Assembly (NCBI GenBank): GCA_018812245.1
Contig: JAHJDW010000155.1
Coordinates: forward strand, 2,458-66,457
Reading direction: 5' to 3'
DNA from: Bacteroidota bacterium
GTDB lineage: Bacteria > Bacteroidota > Bacteroidia > Bacteroidales > JAHJDW01
DNA: 64,000 nucleotides
Shown: positions 20,154-30,518 of the stretch, piece by piece
Layout of the letters: each line of letters opens with the position of its first letter
Position numbering within the stretch: the stretch's first letter is position 1
The notes under the pieces: model-generated
Seen by the model: the letters and a program-made list of their open reading frames with translations, nothing else
What the model was told of the DNA's origin: nothing
Database searches by the model: none
Position numbers and translations under genes: made by a program

Positions 20154-20594
20154 ATGAAAAAAATAACTTTCATAATTGGTTCAATTGGTGCGCTTGTCAT
20201 TCTGCTACATATTTCGGCATGTGAAACCAGCGACCTGAGTTCAACTTATGACGATGGCACGTGTGATTATTCGGACTGCCAAACCAGCGAGCCTTATGAG
20301 GGATTATTACATCTTAGTCTTACACGAAATGCCGAAAACCCTAATGTTCCGATCTGTATATTCCGCGGGAAATTTGAAAACAATGATCTGATTTACACAG
20401 ACACGGCGAGGGTATCAGTTTTCAGCGTATTTCTTCCAACAGACACGTACTATACCGCGACTGCCGAATACAGAACAGGAGTGAAAAAGATAATCGCAAT
20501 CGATGGTGACGAGATTCGGGTTTCACAATACACCATCTGTGATAGCACATGCTGGAATATCACGGAGCCTACGCTTGATCTGCGACTGAAATAG
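20154..20594 (+). CDS. Cys-rich lipoprotein
   Basis: Lipobox ISAC; further Cys residues. Confidence 0.7.
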   Translation: MKKITFIIGSIGALVILLHISACETSDLSSTYDDGTCDYSDCQTSEPYEGLLHLSLTRNAENPNVPICIFRGKFENNDLIYTDTARVSVFSVFLPTDTYYTATAEYRTGVKKIIAIDGDEIRVSQYTICDSTCWNITEPTLDLRLK

Positions 20595-20612
20595 CCAACT
20601 GCATAATAACAA

Positions 20613-20639
20613 AAAAAGCCGGCAAAAAGCCGGCTTTTT
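20613..20639. terminator. Bidirectional intrinsic terminator
   Basis: AAAAAGCCGGC-AAAAA-GCCGGCTTTTT between convergent genes. Confidence 0.85.
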
Positions 20640-20658
20640 GTTATTTGTTGAATCAGGA

Positions 20659-21159
20659 TTATTCTTTTCCTTCTTCTTTAGTAAGACCTTCTTTTACACC
20701 TTCAGCCATGTCATCAACACCTTCGCCGATAGCTTCGCCGAGATCGTTGAGTCCTTCGCCAATAGCTTCGCCCATATCATTCATCGCATCGCCCATATCA
20801 GCCTCTTTCTTCATGTCAACGAGCCATTTGTCGTCTTTCTTCACGAGGTCAAGCTTTTCTTCTTTTCCATCAGCCAAGTATTTCACAACAGCAGCGTTAT
20901 CTTTCACTTCAGCTTTGAAATCTTTGAATTCTTTAACTTTTTCTTCGTCACCACCAAGACCTGCCATGCTTGACATCATGTCAATCATCTGGCCGGTAGC
21001 TTCAGTTCCAAGCTTTTTGGCATCATCCCATTTTTTGTCGTTTAGGGCTTTTGCAAATTCTTCAGCTACTCCTTCAGGAGTGTTGTTTTTGCTTCCGCCG
21101 CATGCCATAAAAGCAACAGCGATTACTGCTACAAGTGCAAATGTGAGTACTTTCTTCAT
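20659..21159 (-). CDS. DUF4878-like lipoprotein (paralog 1)
   Basis: Lipobox MAC; PEGVAEEFAKAL..LVKKDDKWLVDMKKE; 11-mer GEAIGEG tail. Confidence 0.8.
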   Translation of the reverse strand: MKKVLTFALVAVIAVAFMACGGSKNNTPEGVAEEFAKALNDKKWDDAKKLGTEATGQMIDMMSSMAGLGGDEEKVKEFKDFKAEVKDNAAVVKYLADGKEEKLDLVKKDDKWLVDMKKEADMGDAMNDMGEAIGEGLNDLGEAIGEGVDDMAEGVKEGLTKEEGKE

Positions 21160-21246
21160 GTTTTCGTTTAATTTGGTTATTCAGTACAAAAAAAAGAAAA
21201 TAATTTCAAATTACCAACAATCCGATTTTTTTTTATCATTTTTTTT

Positions 21247-21915
21247 TTAGCTGGTTGTTTGATGTTTCCTTTTCCTTAGATGGTGGTTGATTATTACATC
21301 AAAATGTTCGGGATCCCAAAAAATATCAAATTTCAAATGGTCTTTTCGCTCGTTGTTTTTCGCCTTCAGTATGTCAACCCCTGTTTCGTCAAGAATAACC
21401 TTCCAGAGAAGTTCAGTACAGTAAAAAGATGTATTCTCATCAATATCAAAACTGTTGTCGAACGGGATGCGCTGATCAAGATAATACTGGGCACGGTTGC
21501 TCATTCTTCCCGCGAGGGTTGAATCCTCAGTTTGGAAACGAATAAGAATCAATGAATTAGGATGCGACTCCCTGACAAAATCCTTCAGCTTCTGTTGCTG
21601 AACCCCATCAACATCGCTAAGTGAACGGGAAACTGAGTGAATGACCTTGAAACCTTTGCCTTCTTTTCTAACAAATGCGCAATGTGAAACATCAAACTCA
21701 TCACCCAGCGTTTTCACAATAATGTCGCTGACAAACCCAAACCCATGACGCAACAGTATATCGCCATCGTGTATCTGTGCAATTTCATCATCTGAAAGGT
21801 GATAGGTATTAAAAAACTGTTCCTGTTCACAATCCTTTTCGTATGTAAACAGGAACAGATAAAAATTTACTGCAAAATTTGATAAGAAAAGAAAACTGAT
21901 TAACAGTATTCTCAC
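21247..21915 (-). CDS. YiiX/YebB-like permuted papain-like (NlpC/P60) hydrolase
   Basis: DGDILLRHG, SHCAFV (His), PFDNSFD, FYCTELLW (Cys). Confidence 0.85.
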   Translation of the reverse strand: MRILLISFLFLSNFAVNFYLFLFTYEKDCEQEQFFNTYHLSDDEIAQIHDGDILLRHGFGFVSDIIVKTLGDEFDVSHCAFVRKEGKGFKVIHSVSRSLSDVDGVQQQKLKDFVRESHPNSLILIRFQTEDSTLAGRMSNRAQYYLDQRIPFDNSFDIDENTSFYCTELLWKVILDETGVDILKAKNNERKDHLKFDIFWDPEHFDVIINHHLRKRKHQTTS

Positions 21916-21930
21916 TTCGAATCAACGGTA

Positions 21931-22404
21931 TTATTCAGTAACAACTTCTTTTACTTCTTCAGTAACAGTGTTTTCCAGATCTTCAGCCATGTTGTTCAGG
22001 TCTTCGGTCATCTTCTCAACATCACCTGTATCACCAACGTCGCCGCCTTCTTTCTTCATGTCAACCAGCCATTTGTTGTCTTTCTTTACGAGGTCAAGTT
22101 TTTCTTCTTTTCCGTCGGCAAGATACTTAACAACTGCTTTGTCTTCTTTTACTTCAGCTTTGAAGTCTTTGAATTCTTTTACTTTTTCTTCGTCACCACC
22201 AAGACCTGCCATGCTTGAGATCATATCGATCATCTGGCCGGTAGCTTCAGTTCCAAGTTTCTTTGCATCGTCCCATTTTTTGTCATTGAGAGCTTTTGCA
22301 AATTGTTCTGCAATGGCTTCGGGAGTGTCACCCTTACTTCCACCGCAAGCGCTGATAGCAACAACGATAGCTGCTACGATTAAAGTTGTGAAAATGTTTT
22401 TCAT
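21931..22404 (-). CDS. DUF4878-like lipoprotein (paralog 2)
   Basis: Lipobox SAC; core nearly identical to 20659-21159. Confidence 0.8.
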   Translation of the reverse strand: MKNIFTTLIVAAIVVAISACGGSKGDTPEAIAEQFAKALNDKKWDDAKKLGTEATGQMIDMISSMAGLGGDEEKVKEFKDFKAEVKEDKAVVKYLADGKEEKLDLVKKDNKWLVDMKKEGGDVGDTGDVEKMTEDLNNMAEDLENTVTEEVKEVVTE

Positions 22405-22567
22405 GTGTTTTAGGTTTTAAGTTGCTTCTTTGCTCAAATTCGATGCAAAGCAACGAATAAAACATGAATTCTGCAAATACATCTGAAATTTTCCTTCATT
22501 TATCGTTAATGGAGATTGTTAAAATCAAGTCAACCTACTGTTATTCAGCCAATTAACTGGTGAAAAA

Positions 22568-23776
22568 TCATTTGTTTTCTTTTACAGAATCTATCACAGC
22601 CTTTGATACTGTTCGCACCTGATCGTCGGTCAGATTATAGAATACAGGTAGCGAAATAACGCATGAAAAATTATGAAACGCCACAGGATAATCCCCAATG
22701 CAATATCCTTCATTTCGGTAGTAACTCATCATGGGCAATGGTCTGAAATGTACGTTTACGGCAACTTCACGACTGAAAATTCCCTGCATAATCAGATCGC
22801 GCTGTGTTTCCGAAATATTCCTGATTCTTAACAAATAAACATGATAACTCGAGCATGATTTTTCGTTTTGGTATTCAGGAATTTGTGCCCAGTCGTATTC
22901 CCCAAGAATTTTGGAATACAAATCAAAAATCTGCTTTCTGCGGACCAGATGATCGTTCTCATAACGCTCTAATTCGACCAGTCCCATTGCTGCCTGAATA
23001 TCGGTCATATTCATTTTGTAGCCTGGCTCAACAATGTCGTACTTCCAGTTACCGACCTGCATTTTTGCCAGAGCATCTTTGGTCTGCCCATGCAGCGATT
23101 TAATACACAAATACTTATATATTTCTCCATTATTAAAGGGCAATGGCAAATTCAGCGTAATCGCCCCCCCCTCTGCCGTAGTAAGGTTTTTTACTGCATG
23201 AAATGAAAAAACAGAAATGTCAGCCAATTGTCCCGAATATTTTTCATGGTATTTTGCGCCAAAAGAATGCGCAGCATCAGCGAGCACCAGAATTCTTCCA
23301 AGTTTCGTTTGCTCCGCTGAACGCGGACTGAATTTTTCCCGGATATCTTTTCTGACAACAATTTCGTTCAGCGCGTTATAGTTGCAAGGCCAGCCAGCAA
23401 TATCAACAGGGATGATCACTTTTGTGTTCTCCGTGATCAGATCTGCAATTTTGTCAACATCTATATTGAAGTCGGTAGCTGCATCTGCAAAAACAGGTTT
23501 TGCACCACAATGAACAACAACGTTTGCTGTTGCCGCATACGTGTATGCAGGAACAATTACTTCATCGCCGGGTCCAACGCCAAACCACCTAAGCATCAAC
23601 TCGAGACCTGCCGAGCAAGAACTTACACAGAGTGTCTTCGGGCAACCACAAAATTGCGATATTTTTTCCTCAAAGAGTTTTGTGCGCGGTCCCGTCGATA
23701 TCCATCCGGATCGTAAGGCTTCGGCAACAGCATCAACAATTTTATCGTCGATCCGGGGTGGGCTGAATGGTATCAT
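22568..23776 (-). CDS. DegT/DnrJ/EryC1/StrS PLP-dependent aminotransferase
   Basis: SGWISTGP, DAAHSFG, FSFHAVKNLTTAEGG. Confidence 0.95.
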   Translation of the reverse strand: MIPFSPPRIDDKIVDAVAEALRSGWISTGPRTKLFEEKISQFCGCPKTLCVSSCSAGLELMLRWFGVGPGDEVIVPAYTYAATANVVVHCGAKPVFADAATDFNIDVDKIADLITENTKVIIPVDIAGWPCNYNALNEIVVRKDIREKFSPRSAEQTKLGRILVLADAAHSFGAKYHEKYSGQLADISVFSFHAVKNLTTAEGGAITLNLPLPFNNGEIYKYLCIKSLHGQTKDALAKMQVGNWKYDIVEPGYKMNMTDIQAAMGLVELERYENDHLVRRKQIFDLYSKILGEYDWAQIPEYQNEKSCSSYHVYLLRIRNISETQRDLIMQGIFSREVAVNVHFRPLPMMSYYRNEGYCIGDYPVAFHNFSCVISLPVFYNLTDDQVRTVSKAVIDSVKENK

Positions 23777-23778
23777 AA

Positions 23779-24726
23779 TTAACGCAGGTTTTTCAGGCTT
23801 TCGATCGTATTTCTGTATATTCTTTCCTCAACTTCAGCCGTTTCTGCCCGTACAAAATGATCACCCGTGATCTTTTCATAAAGTTCAATATACCGTTCTG
23901 ATACAGAGGTAACAAATTCGCTGCTCATTTCAGGTATCTGCTGCCCTTCTTTTCCCTGAAAACCGTGTTCCATCAGCCATTCTCTTACAAACTCCTTCGA
24001 CAATTGCCGCTGGGGCTGCCCGCTGGAAATGCGCTCTGCATAACCTTCAGAATAAAAGTACCGCGACGAATCGGGTGTGTGAATTTCATCAATCAGAAAG
24101 ATTTTTCCGTCTTTTTCACCAAACTCATACTTTGTATCCACCAATATCAGTCCCATTTCAGCCGCAATTCTGGTTCCCCGCTCAAATAAAGAATATGTAT
24201 ATGCTTCAAGCTTTTCGTAATCTTCAGACGAAACAAGTCCTGATGAAATGACTTCCTCTCGCGAAATATCTTCATCGTGACCCACAATCGCTTTTGTTGT
24301 AGGCGTAATTATTGGTTTCTCAAACTTTTGATTTTCTTTCATCCCCTCGGGCAGGGCGATACCGCAGAGCTTCCTTTCTCCTTTGCTGTACTGACGCCAT
24401 GCATGACCAGTAAGGTATCCCCTGATTACCATTTCTACCTTGAAAGGCTCGCAATAATGCCCGATTGTTACCATCGGATCCGGCACAGCAATCATCCAGT
24501 TGTCAACAATATCCTTTGTCGCATTCAAAAACTTGCCGGCAATCTGGTTCAGCACCTGCCCCTTGTAGGGAATTCCTTCAGGCAGCACGGCATCAAAAGC
24601 AGAAATGCGGTCTGATACCACCATTACAAGAAATTTGTTGTCAATGTTGTACACATCTCTCACCTTGCCGGTGTATTTTCCCATCAGACCGGGAAGATCA
24701 AAATTGGTTTCGGTTACTGCTCTCAT
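23779..24726 (-). CDS. purC: SAICAR synthetase
   Basis: [32 protein letters not shown]. Confidence 0.97.
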   Translation of the reverse strand: MRAVTETNFDLPGLMGKYTGKVRDVYNIDNKFLVMVVSDRISAFDAVLPEGIPYKGQVLNQIAGKFLNATKDIVDNWMIAVPDPMVTIGHYCEPFKVEMVIRGYLTGHAWRQYSKGERKLCGIALPEGMKENQKFEKPIITPTTKAIVGHDEDISREEVISSGLVSSEDYEKLEAYTYSLFERGTRIAAEMGLILVDTKYEFGEKDGKIFLIDEIHTPDSSRYFYSEGYAERISSGQPQRQLSKEFVREWLMEHGFQGKEGQQIPEMSSEFVTSVSERYIELYEKITGDHFVRAETAEVEERIYRNTIESLKNLR

Positions 24727-24727
24727 C

Positions 24728-25150
24728 TTAATCCTTTTTTAAGTGTGTTTCATAATTTTCAGTCCCATCTGTCCATGCCAGCCAAAGCTCGCGGGATGCC
24801 AATCGCAGGATTTTAAAAACATTTGGCTCCGTTTCGCCATCCTTTGTTCTCCATAGTTCAGTGCTTCTGTCTTTGAATTTCCAGGTTCCGGACGATTCTC
24901 CGCCATCCCAGACAACGGAGTATTTCTTGTTAGTAGAATAGACAATACAATAGTCAGGATAATATGTTTTCCAGGTTTGGGTCATATCGGTGTCGTTCAG
25001 CAGCACTTGTTCCATCACCCAGTTTTTATCAGTAATTCTGAATGTTGGTCCGGCAATGCTAAACGAGGGACCGTCTTCATATTTATCGCAGGCTGCAACA
25101 AACAGCAATAACATCAGCGCAATCAGAATATGCCCCTTATTCATTTTCAT
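24728..25150 (-). CDS. Lipocalin-like lipoprotein
   Basis: Lipobox [11 protein letters not shown]; GTWKF; ILRL. Confidence 0.7.
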   Translation of the reverse strand: MKMNKGHILIALMLLLFVAACDKYEDGPSFSIAGPTFRITDKNWVMEQVLLNDTDMTQTWKTYYPDYCIVYSTNKKYSVVWDGGESSGTWKFKDRSTELWRTKDGETEPNVFKILRLASRELWLAWTDGTENYETHLKKD

Positions 25151-26087
25151 GCTTCTGATACGCTTTTACAATTTTTATCACCAACCGGTGCCTGATGATA
25201 TCGCTTTCGTCGAGATTTACAATGGAAATACCTTCGATATCGGTTAGAATTCGCTGCGCGTGTAGCAATCCGGAAGGAGTACGTCCGGGGAGGTCGATCT
25301 GGGTTACGTCGCCGGTTACGATAAATTTTGAATTCCGTCCCATGCGCGTCAGGAACATTTTCAGTTGAGGAATGGTAGAGTTTTGCGCCTCGTCGAGAAT
25401 AGCCACGGCATGATCGAGCGTGCGTCCGCGCATGTAGGCAAGAGGTGCAATCTGAATGGTGCGTTCCTCCATGTACTTTGCCAGTTTGTGCGAGGGGATC
25501 ATATCATTCAGTGCATCATACAGCGGCTGAAGGTACGGGTCAAGTTTTTCTTTCATATCACCGGGAAGAAAACCCAGACTTTCGCCTGCCTCGACTGCTG
25601 GTCGGGTCAGAATGATTCGTCTGATTTCCCTGTTTTTCAATGCTCTTACAGCAAGTGCCACAGCAGTGTATGTTTTCCCGCTTCCAGCCGGGCCGATAGC
25701 AAACAACAGATCGTTATCAACGAATGAATCAACCATTTTCTGCTGGTTTGCCGATCTGGCTTTAATCAGCATTCCATTTTTCCCGTGAACCAGAATGTTT
25801 TCGCCCTGCACCATCACTTCTTTTGATTGTTGCGCGGTGGAAAGGACAATTTTTTCCACATCGGTTTCGGTCAGGCGTCCGAATTTCTGAAGAAAATCGA
25901 AAAGTGTTTCCAGTTTCTCAATCAGGATTTCCGTTTCCTCTTCGGTACCGGCAATTTTTATCGTATCGCCACGGGTAATGATTTTCACAGCAGGAAATAA
26001 CTCGCGGATCCGGTTTATGTTTGCTTCAGAAGCCCCATAAAACTCTAATGGGTCTATGCTTTCAATTTTTATAACTTTTTCCGACAT
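25137..26087 (-). CDS. phoH: PhoH family ATPase
   Basis: GPAGSGKT, RPAVEAGESLGFLPG, YMRGRTL, DEAQN. Start moved to ATG 26087 because the -7 promoter lies at ~26106-26113. Confidence 0.95.
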   Translation of the reverse strand: MSEKVIKIESIDPLEFYGASEANINRIRELFPAVKIITRGDTIKIAGTEEETEILIEKLETLFDFLQKFGRLTETDVEKIVLSTAQQSKEVMVQGENILVHGKNGMLIKARSANQQKMVDSFVDNDLLFAIGPAGSGKTYTAVALAVRALKNREIRRIILTRPAVEAGESLGFLPGDMKEKLDPYLQPLYDALNDMIPSHKLAKYMEERTIQIAPLAYMRGRTLDHAVAILDEAQNSTIPQLKMFLTRMGRNSKFIVTGDVTQIDLPGRTPSGLLHAQRILTDIEGISIVNLDESDIIRHRLVIKIVKAYQKHENE

Positions 26088-26383
26088 CAGTATTGAATCA
26101 GAATGCAAAAATACGATTTTTCAATTACACATTTGAAGAAGCCTCTTCAATTACGAATGTGGAATTAGGAATGCCGTGATACGGGCTTGAATTCGCAAGT
26201 CAGGAAATCATGAGGGATTTGTTTCTTCCAGCGCGATAATAACTGCATAATCACAAAGCCTGTATCGCTAAAAAGAAAAGCAATCCACCAAAACGCTATA
26301 ACATTTTACGCCGATGCAAATTTCCTGTTAATCCAGTTTCTTCGCACAAAGACAACACTATTTTTGCCAAAAAACATAAGAAA

Positions 26384-26932
26384 ATGGCAAAACCAGATTT
26401 CCTTCCAATTCCTGAAGAAGTTATCATCAGCAAGATTTATCATATCAGAGGGCAAAAAGTAATGATTGACAGGGACCTCGCGGAACTTTACGAGGTAGAA
26501 ACAAAACGTTTGAAAGAACAGGTAAAGCGTAACATTGATATATTCCCTGAACATTTTATGTTTGAATTAACGGAAGAAGAGTTCCGAAACTTGAGGTCGC
26601 AAATTGCGACCTCAAGTTGGGGAGGACAAAGATATTTACCTTACGCTTTTACCGAACACGGCGTTCTGCAACTAGCCAATGTACTCAGAAGCCTAAGGGC
26701 AAGAAAAATGAGTGTAAGGATTATAGAGGTTTTTATAAAGATGCGCGAATTACTGTCAACACAAAAAGAAATCCTTCACAAACTCGAACAATTACAGAAA
26801 AATGACACTGAACAGGACAATAAAATAATGCTGATCTTTGAATACATCAAGCAGTTCGAGCAAGCCAAGCAACAACAATTGGAGCAGGAAAACCGCAAGC
26901 AGATCGGCTACAAAGCGTCTGGCAAGAAATAA
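26384..26932 (+). CDS. ORF6N domain DNA-binding protein
   Basis: IRGQKVMIDRDLAELYEVETKRLKEQVKRN..FPEHFMFEL..PYAFTEHGV. Confidence 0.9.
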   Translation: MAKPDFLPIPEEVIISKIYHIRGQKVMIDRDLAELYEVETKRLKEQVKRNIDIFPEHFMFELTEEEFRNLRSQIATSSWGGQRYLPYAFTEHGVLQLANVLRSLRARKMSVRIIEVFIKMRELLSTQKEILHKLEQLQKNDTEQDNKIMLIFEYIKQFEQAKQQQLEQENRKQIGYKASGKK

Positions 26933-27057
26933 CTACCCACAAACCGCCCGCACCCCGCCCTGCAATCCAAAGCATTGCAAAAAGCCGTCTGTTCTGCCCC
27001 GACAGCGGTAGCCCGCCTGACCGGACGGGCAGGCAACCAACGCTAAAAAAGCACAGC

Positions 27058-27204
27058 AAAGATAGGCAGGCACCCACAAGCCAGCCCGCAAAGGGAATAG
27101 CAAGGTCAAGCCCTTCGGGTTCATTCATTTTTTTGAATTGGTCTTATAATAATATGTAAAAAAATGACCTGAAACCTTGCTATCCCCGCCATTGCCTGCC
27201 TTTG
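27058..27204. other. Long nested imperfect hairpin upstream of the RHS module
   Basis: GGCAGGCA 27065-72 pairs with TGCCTGCC 27193-200; ATAGCAAGGT 27097-106 pairs with ACCTTGCTAT 27174-83; inner stem TTCGGGTTCATT/AATGACCTGAA. Confidence 0.65.
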
Positions 27205-27382
27205 AACACAGCGTTCTTTTTTGGGTTTTGGAGAAAAAATATTTTTCTTTTGTAAGTGTTTTATTGTCAGGTTATTGCGTGGCGGAAACGGTTTTAATCT
27301 GAACGATGTACTTTTTTGCCAATCGGCAAAAAACTTTATCCGGAAGAAAAATATATGTATCTTGCAGGGCGTTTTATCAGCT

Positions 27383-28408
27383 ATGGACAGATTATCGTAT
27401 TCATATTACAGGAGAAGCAGCACTATAACAACAGTGCCTGTTTTTTTGCTGAAGGGTAGCGAAAAAAATGCAAGCGGAGAAAATATTTGCAAAGATTACT
27501 ATGCTGGCGGGTCTCCGCAACCCGGGCGCTCGTTTAACGCCTCAGATTACCGATTTGGATACCAGGGAAGTGAAAAAGACGATGAGATTACCAGCGTAAC
27601 CGGAAGCCATTACACCACTTATTTCCGGGAGCTTGATACCCGTTTGCTGCGTTGGTGGAGCCTTGATCCGAAATCTTCCGCAACCCCCTGGGAAAGCCCG
27701 TATATGACGATGGGTGGGAATCCGGTGTGGTGGAATGATCCATGGGGAGATAGTGTGGATCCGTCTCAGGTGAAAAAAAGCGATGAAACTTCTTTTAATG
27801 AATTGGAGACAGATATAGAAAACAAAACAGGACTGGACCTCACATATACAGAGAACGAAGATGGAACAGGATCGTGGTCATATGCCAAAGAAAAAGGTTT
27901 TCTTGGTATAAAAAGAGCAGTCGTTGACAAATCTACAAAAACAAGTAGAACTGCTCGTCGCGATTTCAAAAAGGCAATTAACAGCAAACAAACTCTAATT
28001 GTCAAACCAAGCTCTGATGGCGACCTTTCCTCAAGTGGACATTATTACGAGAATGTCATAGAGATTTCGCTCAATGGAGTAAAATCTGCAATTACAAATA
28101 CTTCAAGCGACTTGAATAAATCTACAATGGGGTGGGCAATGACTTTTTTTCATGAGTATTCCCATACTCCAATCTCAGGATACTCTGCGCGAGACCCAAG
28201 GCAAACGATGAAGAATAGATATGCACTGGGTGGAGCAGTAAAATATGCAAATAAGATAAGAAGGCAACTTGGGGAAGATTATGGTCAGCGGTTATTATAT
28301 TTTGTTCAACCAAATAGTGAATACATTCCTTTTAGTAAAGCGGCACTAAATATTATTTTAGAAGGCAGCACACCTAGCGGTAGTTTTATTTGTTATGACA
28401 GGTTTTAG
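27383..28408 (+). CDS. Orphan RHS repeat-associated core with C-terminal HExxH putative toxin
   Basis: DYYAGGSPQPGR..YRFGYQGSEKDDE..WWSLDP..SPY..NPVWWNDPWG (core 27494-27748); FFHEYSH at 28151-28165. True start uncertain. Confidence 0.8.
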   Translation: MDRLSYSYYRRSSTITTVPVFLLKGSEKNASGENICKDYYAGGSPQPGRSFNASDYRFGYQGSEKDDEITSVTGSHYTTYFRELDTRLLRWWSLDPKSSATPWESPYMTMGGNPVWWNDPWGDSVDPSQVKKSDETSFNELETDIENKTGLDLTYTENEDGTGSWSYAKEKGFLGIKRAVVDKSTKTSRTARRDFKKAINSKQTLIVKPSSDGDLSSSGHYYENVIEISLNGVKSAITNTSSDLNKSTMGWAMTFFHEYSHTPISGYSARDPRQTMKNRYALGGAVKYANKIRRQLGEDYGQRLLYFVQPNSEYIPFSKAALNIILEGSTPSGSFICYDRF

Positions 28409-28412
28409 CCAC

Positions 28413-29000
28413 ATGAAAAAGGCGTTTAGGATTTTTATTTTAGGAGTTTTTCTTTGTGCTTCGATCGGTTACATGAAAGGACAGGATGTTTTTTCGGGTA
28501 GTTCATATCAATACTGTTATGCTTTTGAATGTCTAAACCAAAAGTCAAATTGCCATACCGCAATAATGCAGAAATTATTTTTCGTTGACGATACAACTAT
28601 AGTCTTTTTTCAATTCGTTAAGGATGGCATAGACTTCACGAATTGCGCTCACACATACGATTCCGTTGTGGTAAAGGGTAAATTCAAAACTTTTAACTCA
28701 AACGTTGAAGTTTTTATCGATGATAAGATGATATATGATTTCATTAGCCTTTATGTCAATGCAACACCAGCCTGCTATGAGAAATTCTTCAAGATTTCAG
28801 GGAAATACCAAATTGTTTCAGATGGATTGATTAAATGGGAAAAGAGATTAGTAAAACGGTTGAAGTACTACAAATTTGGATATGGTGATAGGAAAAAATC
28901 AGCACGAATGATTAAGTGTGAAAATCAAAATCAGGTTATGAGAATTATGACTTTTGCATACCTATTATTTGATCAAGTCACATTTAAGAATAAGTTGTAG
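28413..29000 (+). CDS. Putative immunity protein (secreted)
   Basis: Immediately follows the toxin; MKKAFRIFILGVFLCASIG signal peptide; AT-rich. Confidence 0.6.
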   Translation: MKKAFRIFILGVFLCASIGYMKGQDVFSGSSYQYCYAFECLNQKSNCHTAIMQKLFFVDDTTIVFFQFVKDGIDFTNCAHTYDSVVVKGKFKTFNSNVEVFIDDKMIYDFISLYVNATPACYEKFFKISGKYQIVSDGLIKWEKRLVKRLKYYKFGYGDRKKSARMIKCENQNQVMRIMTFAYLLFDQVTFKNKL

Positions 29001-29289
29001 AACGGCAGATAGAACTTTATACGCTCAAAATAACAGTCCTTTTTCAGGCAAGAAACTCCCTCCAAATTTTTCCTTCCGGAAGGGCAAAAAAAGTTGAAAT
29101 TTTTCGGTTTTGGCGAAAACGCTGTAAGCTATCTGAAAATCAGGCAATAACGAGAAATTGCATGTTTCAAAACGAAACCACTTAGGGGGTGTTACAATAT
29201 ACCCCCTTTAAATGCGATTACAATACTTGAAACTCTGTTGAAATTTTGGTATTGAAAACCGGAGAAAATTGGTAGCCTTCCGAAAAGCG

Positions 29290-29637
29290 TTATAAGCGTG
29301 AAAATGCTTCTAAAATAGTTTTCAGCGCGTTTTTCTGCTCCGGAGAGAGTTCGGGTAGTTTTTCCCTGAACAGCAGTTCTAAGGCCTCCGGTTGCCCGCC
29401 AGTGCCTGAACCAGCTAAGTAATCCAGACTTACATCGAGCGTTCGTGCCAGATCGGCAGCAGCGTCCATGGTGGGCTTTGCCTGTCCCAGTTCCCAGCGG
29501 GAGACGTTTTTCAGGTTCACATTGAGCGCATTAGCCAGGTCGCTTTGCGTCCATCCCTTCGCCTTCCGTGCAGCGATCAGCCGGAGGGTAAAACTGCTTT
29601 CAGCGGTTGTTTTTTCCATGATGATATTTTTTTTCAT
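29290..29637 (-). CDS. XRE-family HTH transcriptional regulator
   Basis: RLIAARKAKGWTQSDLA..VSRWELG..LDVSLDYL; start reassigned downstream of the -7 motif at 29651-29658. Confidence 0.88.
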   Translation of the reverse strand: MKKNIIMEKTTAESSFTLRLIAARKAKGWTQSDLANALNVNLKNVSRWELGQAKPTMDAAADLARTLDVSLDYLAGSGTGGQPEALELLFREKLPELSPEQKNALKTILEAFSRL

Positions 29638-29766
29638 TTTTTTCTCCCTACAAAGATAATACTTTCCGGGATAATATACAAACATGTCTATTGACTTTTT
29701 GGTTTTTATTATACATCTTTGTCCAGTTGTTAATAATACAATTATGTCCAATACATTTAACTCCCA

Positions 29767-30030
29767 GCGCATTCCCCGCAAAACCTACACTTCAAATTCC
29801 CTAACAAGGGAATGGATTGAATGTCAGACATATAGGAAAAACCAGATTCCAGAGCTGACGAAAGGACTTCGAATCCGGATTTTCAAATAGACTTTGTGAT
29901 CACAAAACAAAAAGTCAGGCTGTTTACCTTTCTACCTGATGAACATTATCCCAGCGGGATGCATCGGTTGCAGGGTTCTTGCATGGGTTAGACCTGACAG
30001 GTTTTTAAAAACCTGTCAGGTCTAACCGCG
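29767..30030 (+). repeat. Composite direct repeat copy A, containing a 42-bp perfect palindrome (29986-30027)
   Basis: Three blocks shared with 30936-31207: 43/48, 29/30 and the identical GGTTAGACCTGACAGGTTTTT|AAAAACCTGTCAGGTCTAACC. Confidence 0.85.
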
Positions 30031-30269
30031 TGAGAGTTCAGGCTTTCGATGGTTTCAAATGATTTCCCTTCGCAAAGACCCCAATCCGACGCAGGAGGAT
30101 ACCTATTTTCTTTTCAAACCATTAGGAATTTACAAAAGCACTAGCCAACCAAAACCCAAACTCTCCCGGTTTCCTAAATCTCCGATGGGTAATTTGAGAA
30201 GTGGAAAGAATCTGACAGGGATTGATTTGCTGATGGAAATTTGCTATTTTTGTCAAAAACATTTCGGTG

Positions 30270-30518
30270 ATGGGAACAAACGAAATCCGACAATACTTAC
30301 ACAAATACATAGATATTGCCGATGCACGCTTTCTGGCAACAATTTATGAAATATCGCTGATGAATGGCAATACGGTCCATAATGCAGAATATTTCAGAGC
30401 CGGGAAGAGAATCACCAAACAACAACTCTATAAGGAGCTGAAAGAAGCGGAGGCTGAAATTGAAAATGGAGACTGCCTGACCATCGAAGAATTGATAAAA
30501 GAGTCGGAACAGTGGTAA
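30270..30518 (+). CDS. Putative antitoxin of a RelE/ParE pair
   Basis: Small acidic protein ending AEAEIENGDCLTIEELIKESEQW, overlapping the toxin gene. Confidence 0.75.
   Translation: MGTNEIRQYLHKYIDIADARFLATIYEISLMNGNTVHNAEYFRAGKRITKQQLYKELKEAEAEIENGDCLTIEELIKESEQW

Noticed and set aside
27221-27382. N-terminal extension of the RHS ORF
   Set aside because: AT-rich promoter-like sequence with a TTG start and no RHS similarity
29684-29890. SymE-like toxin ORF next to the XRE gene
   Set aside because: No SymE motif, and the ORF runs through repeat block A
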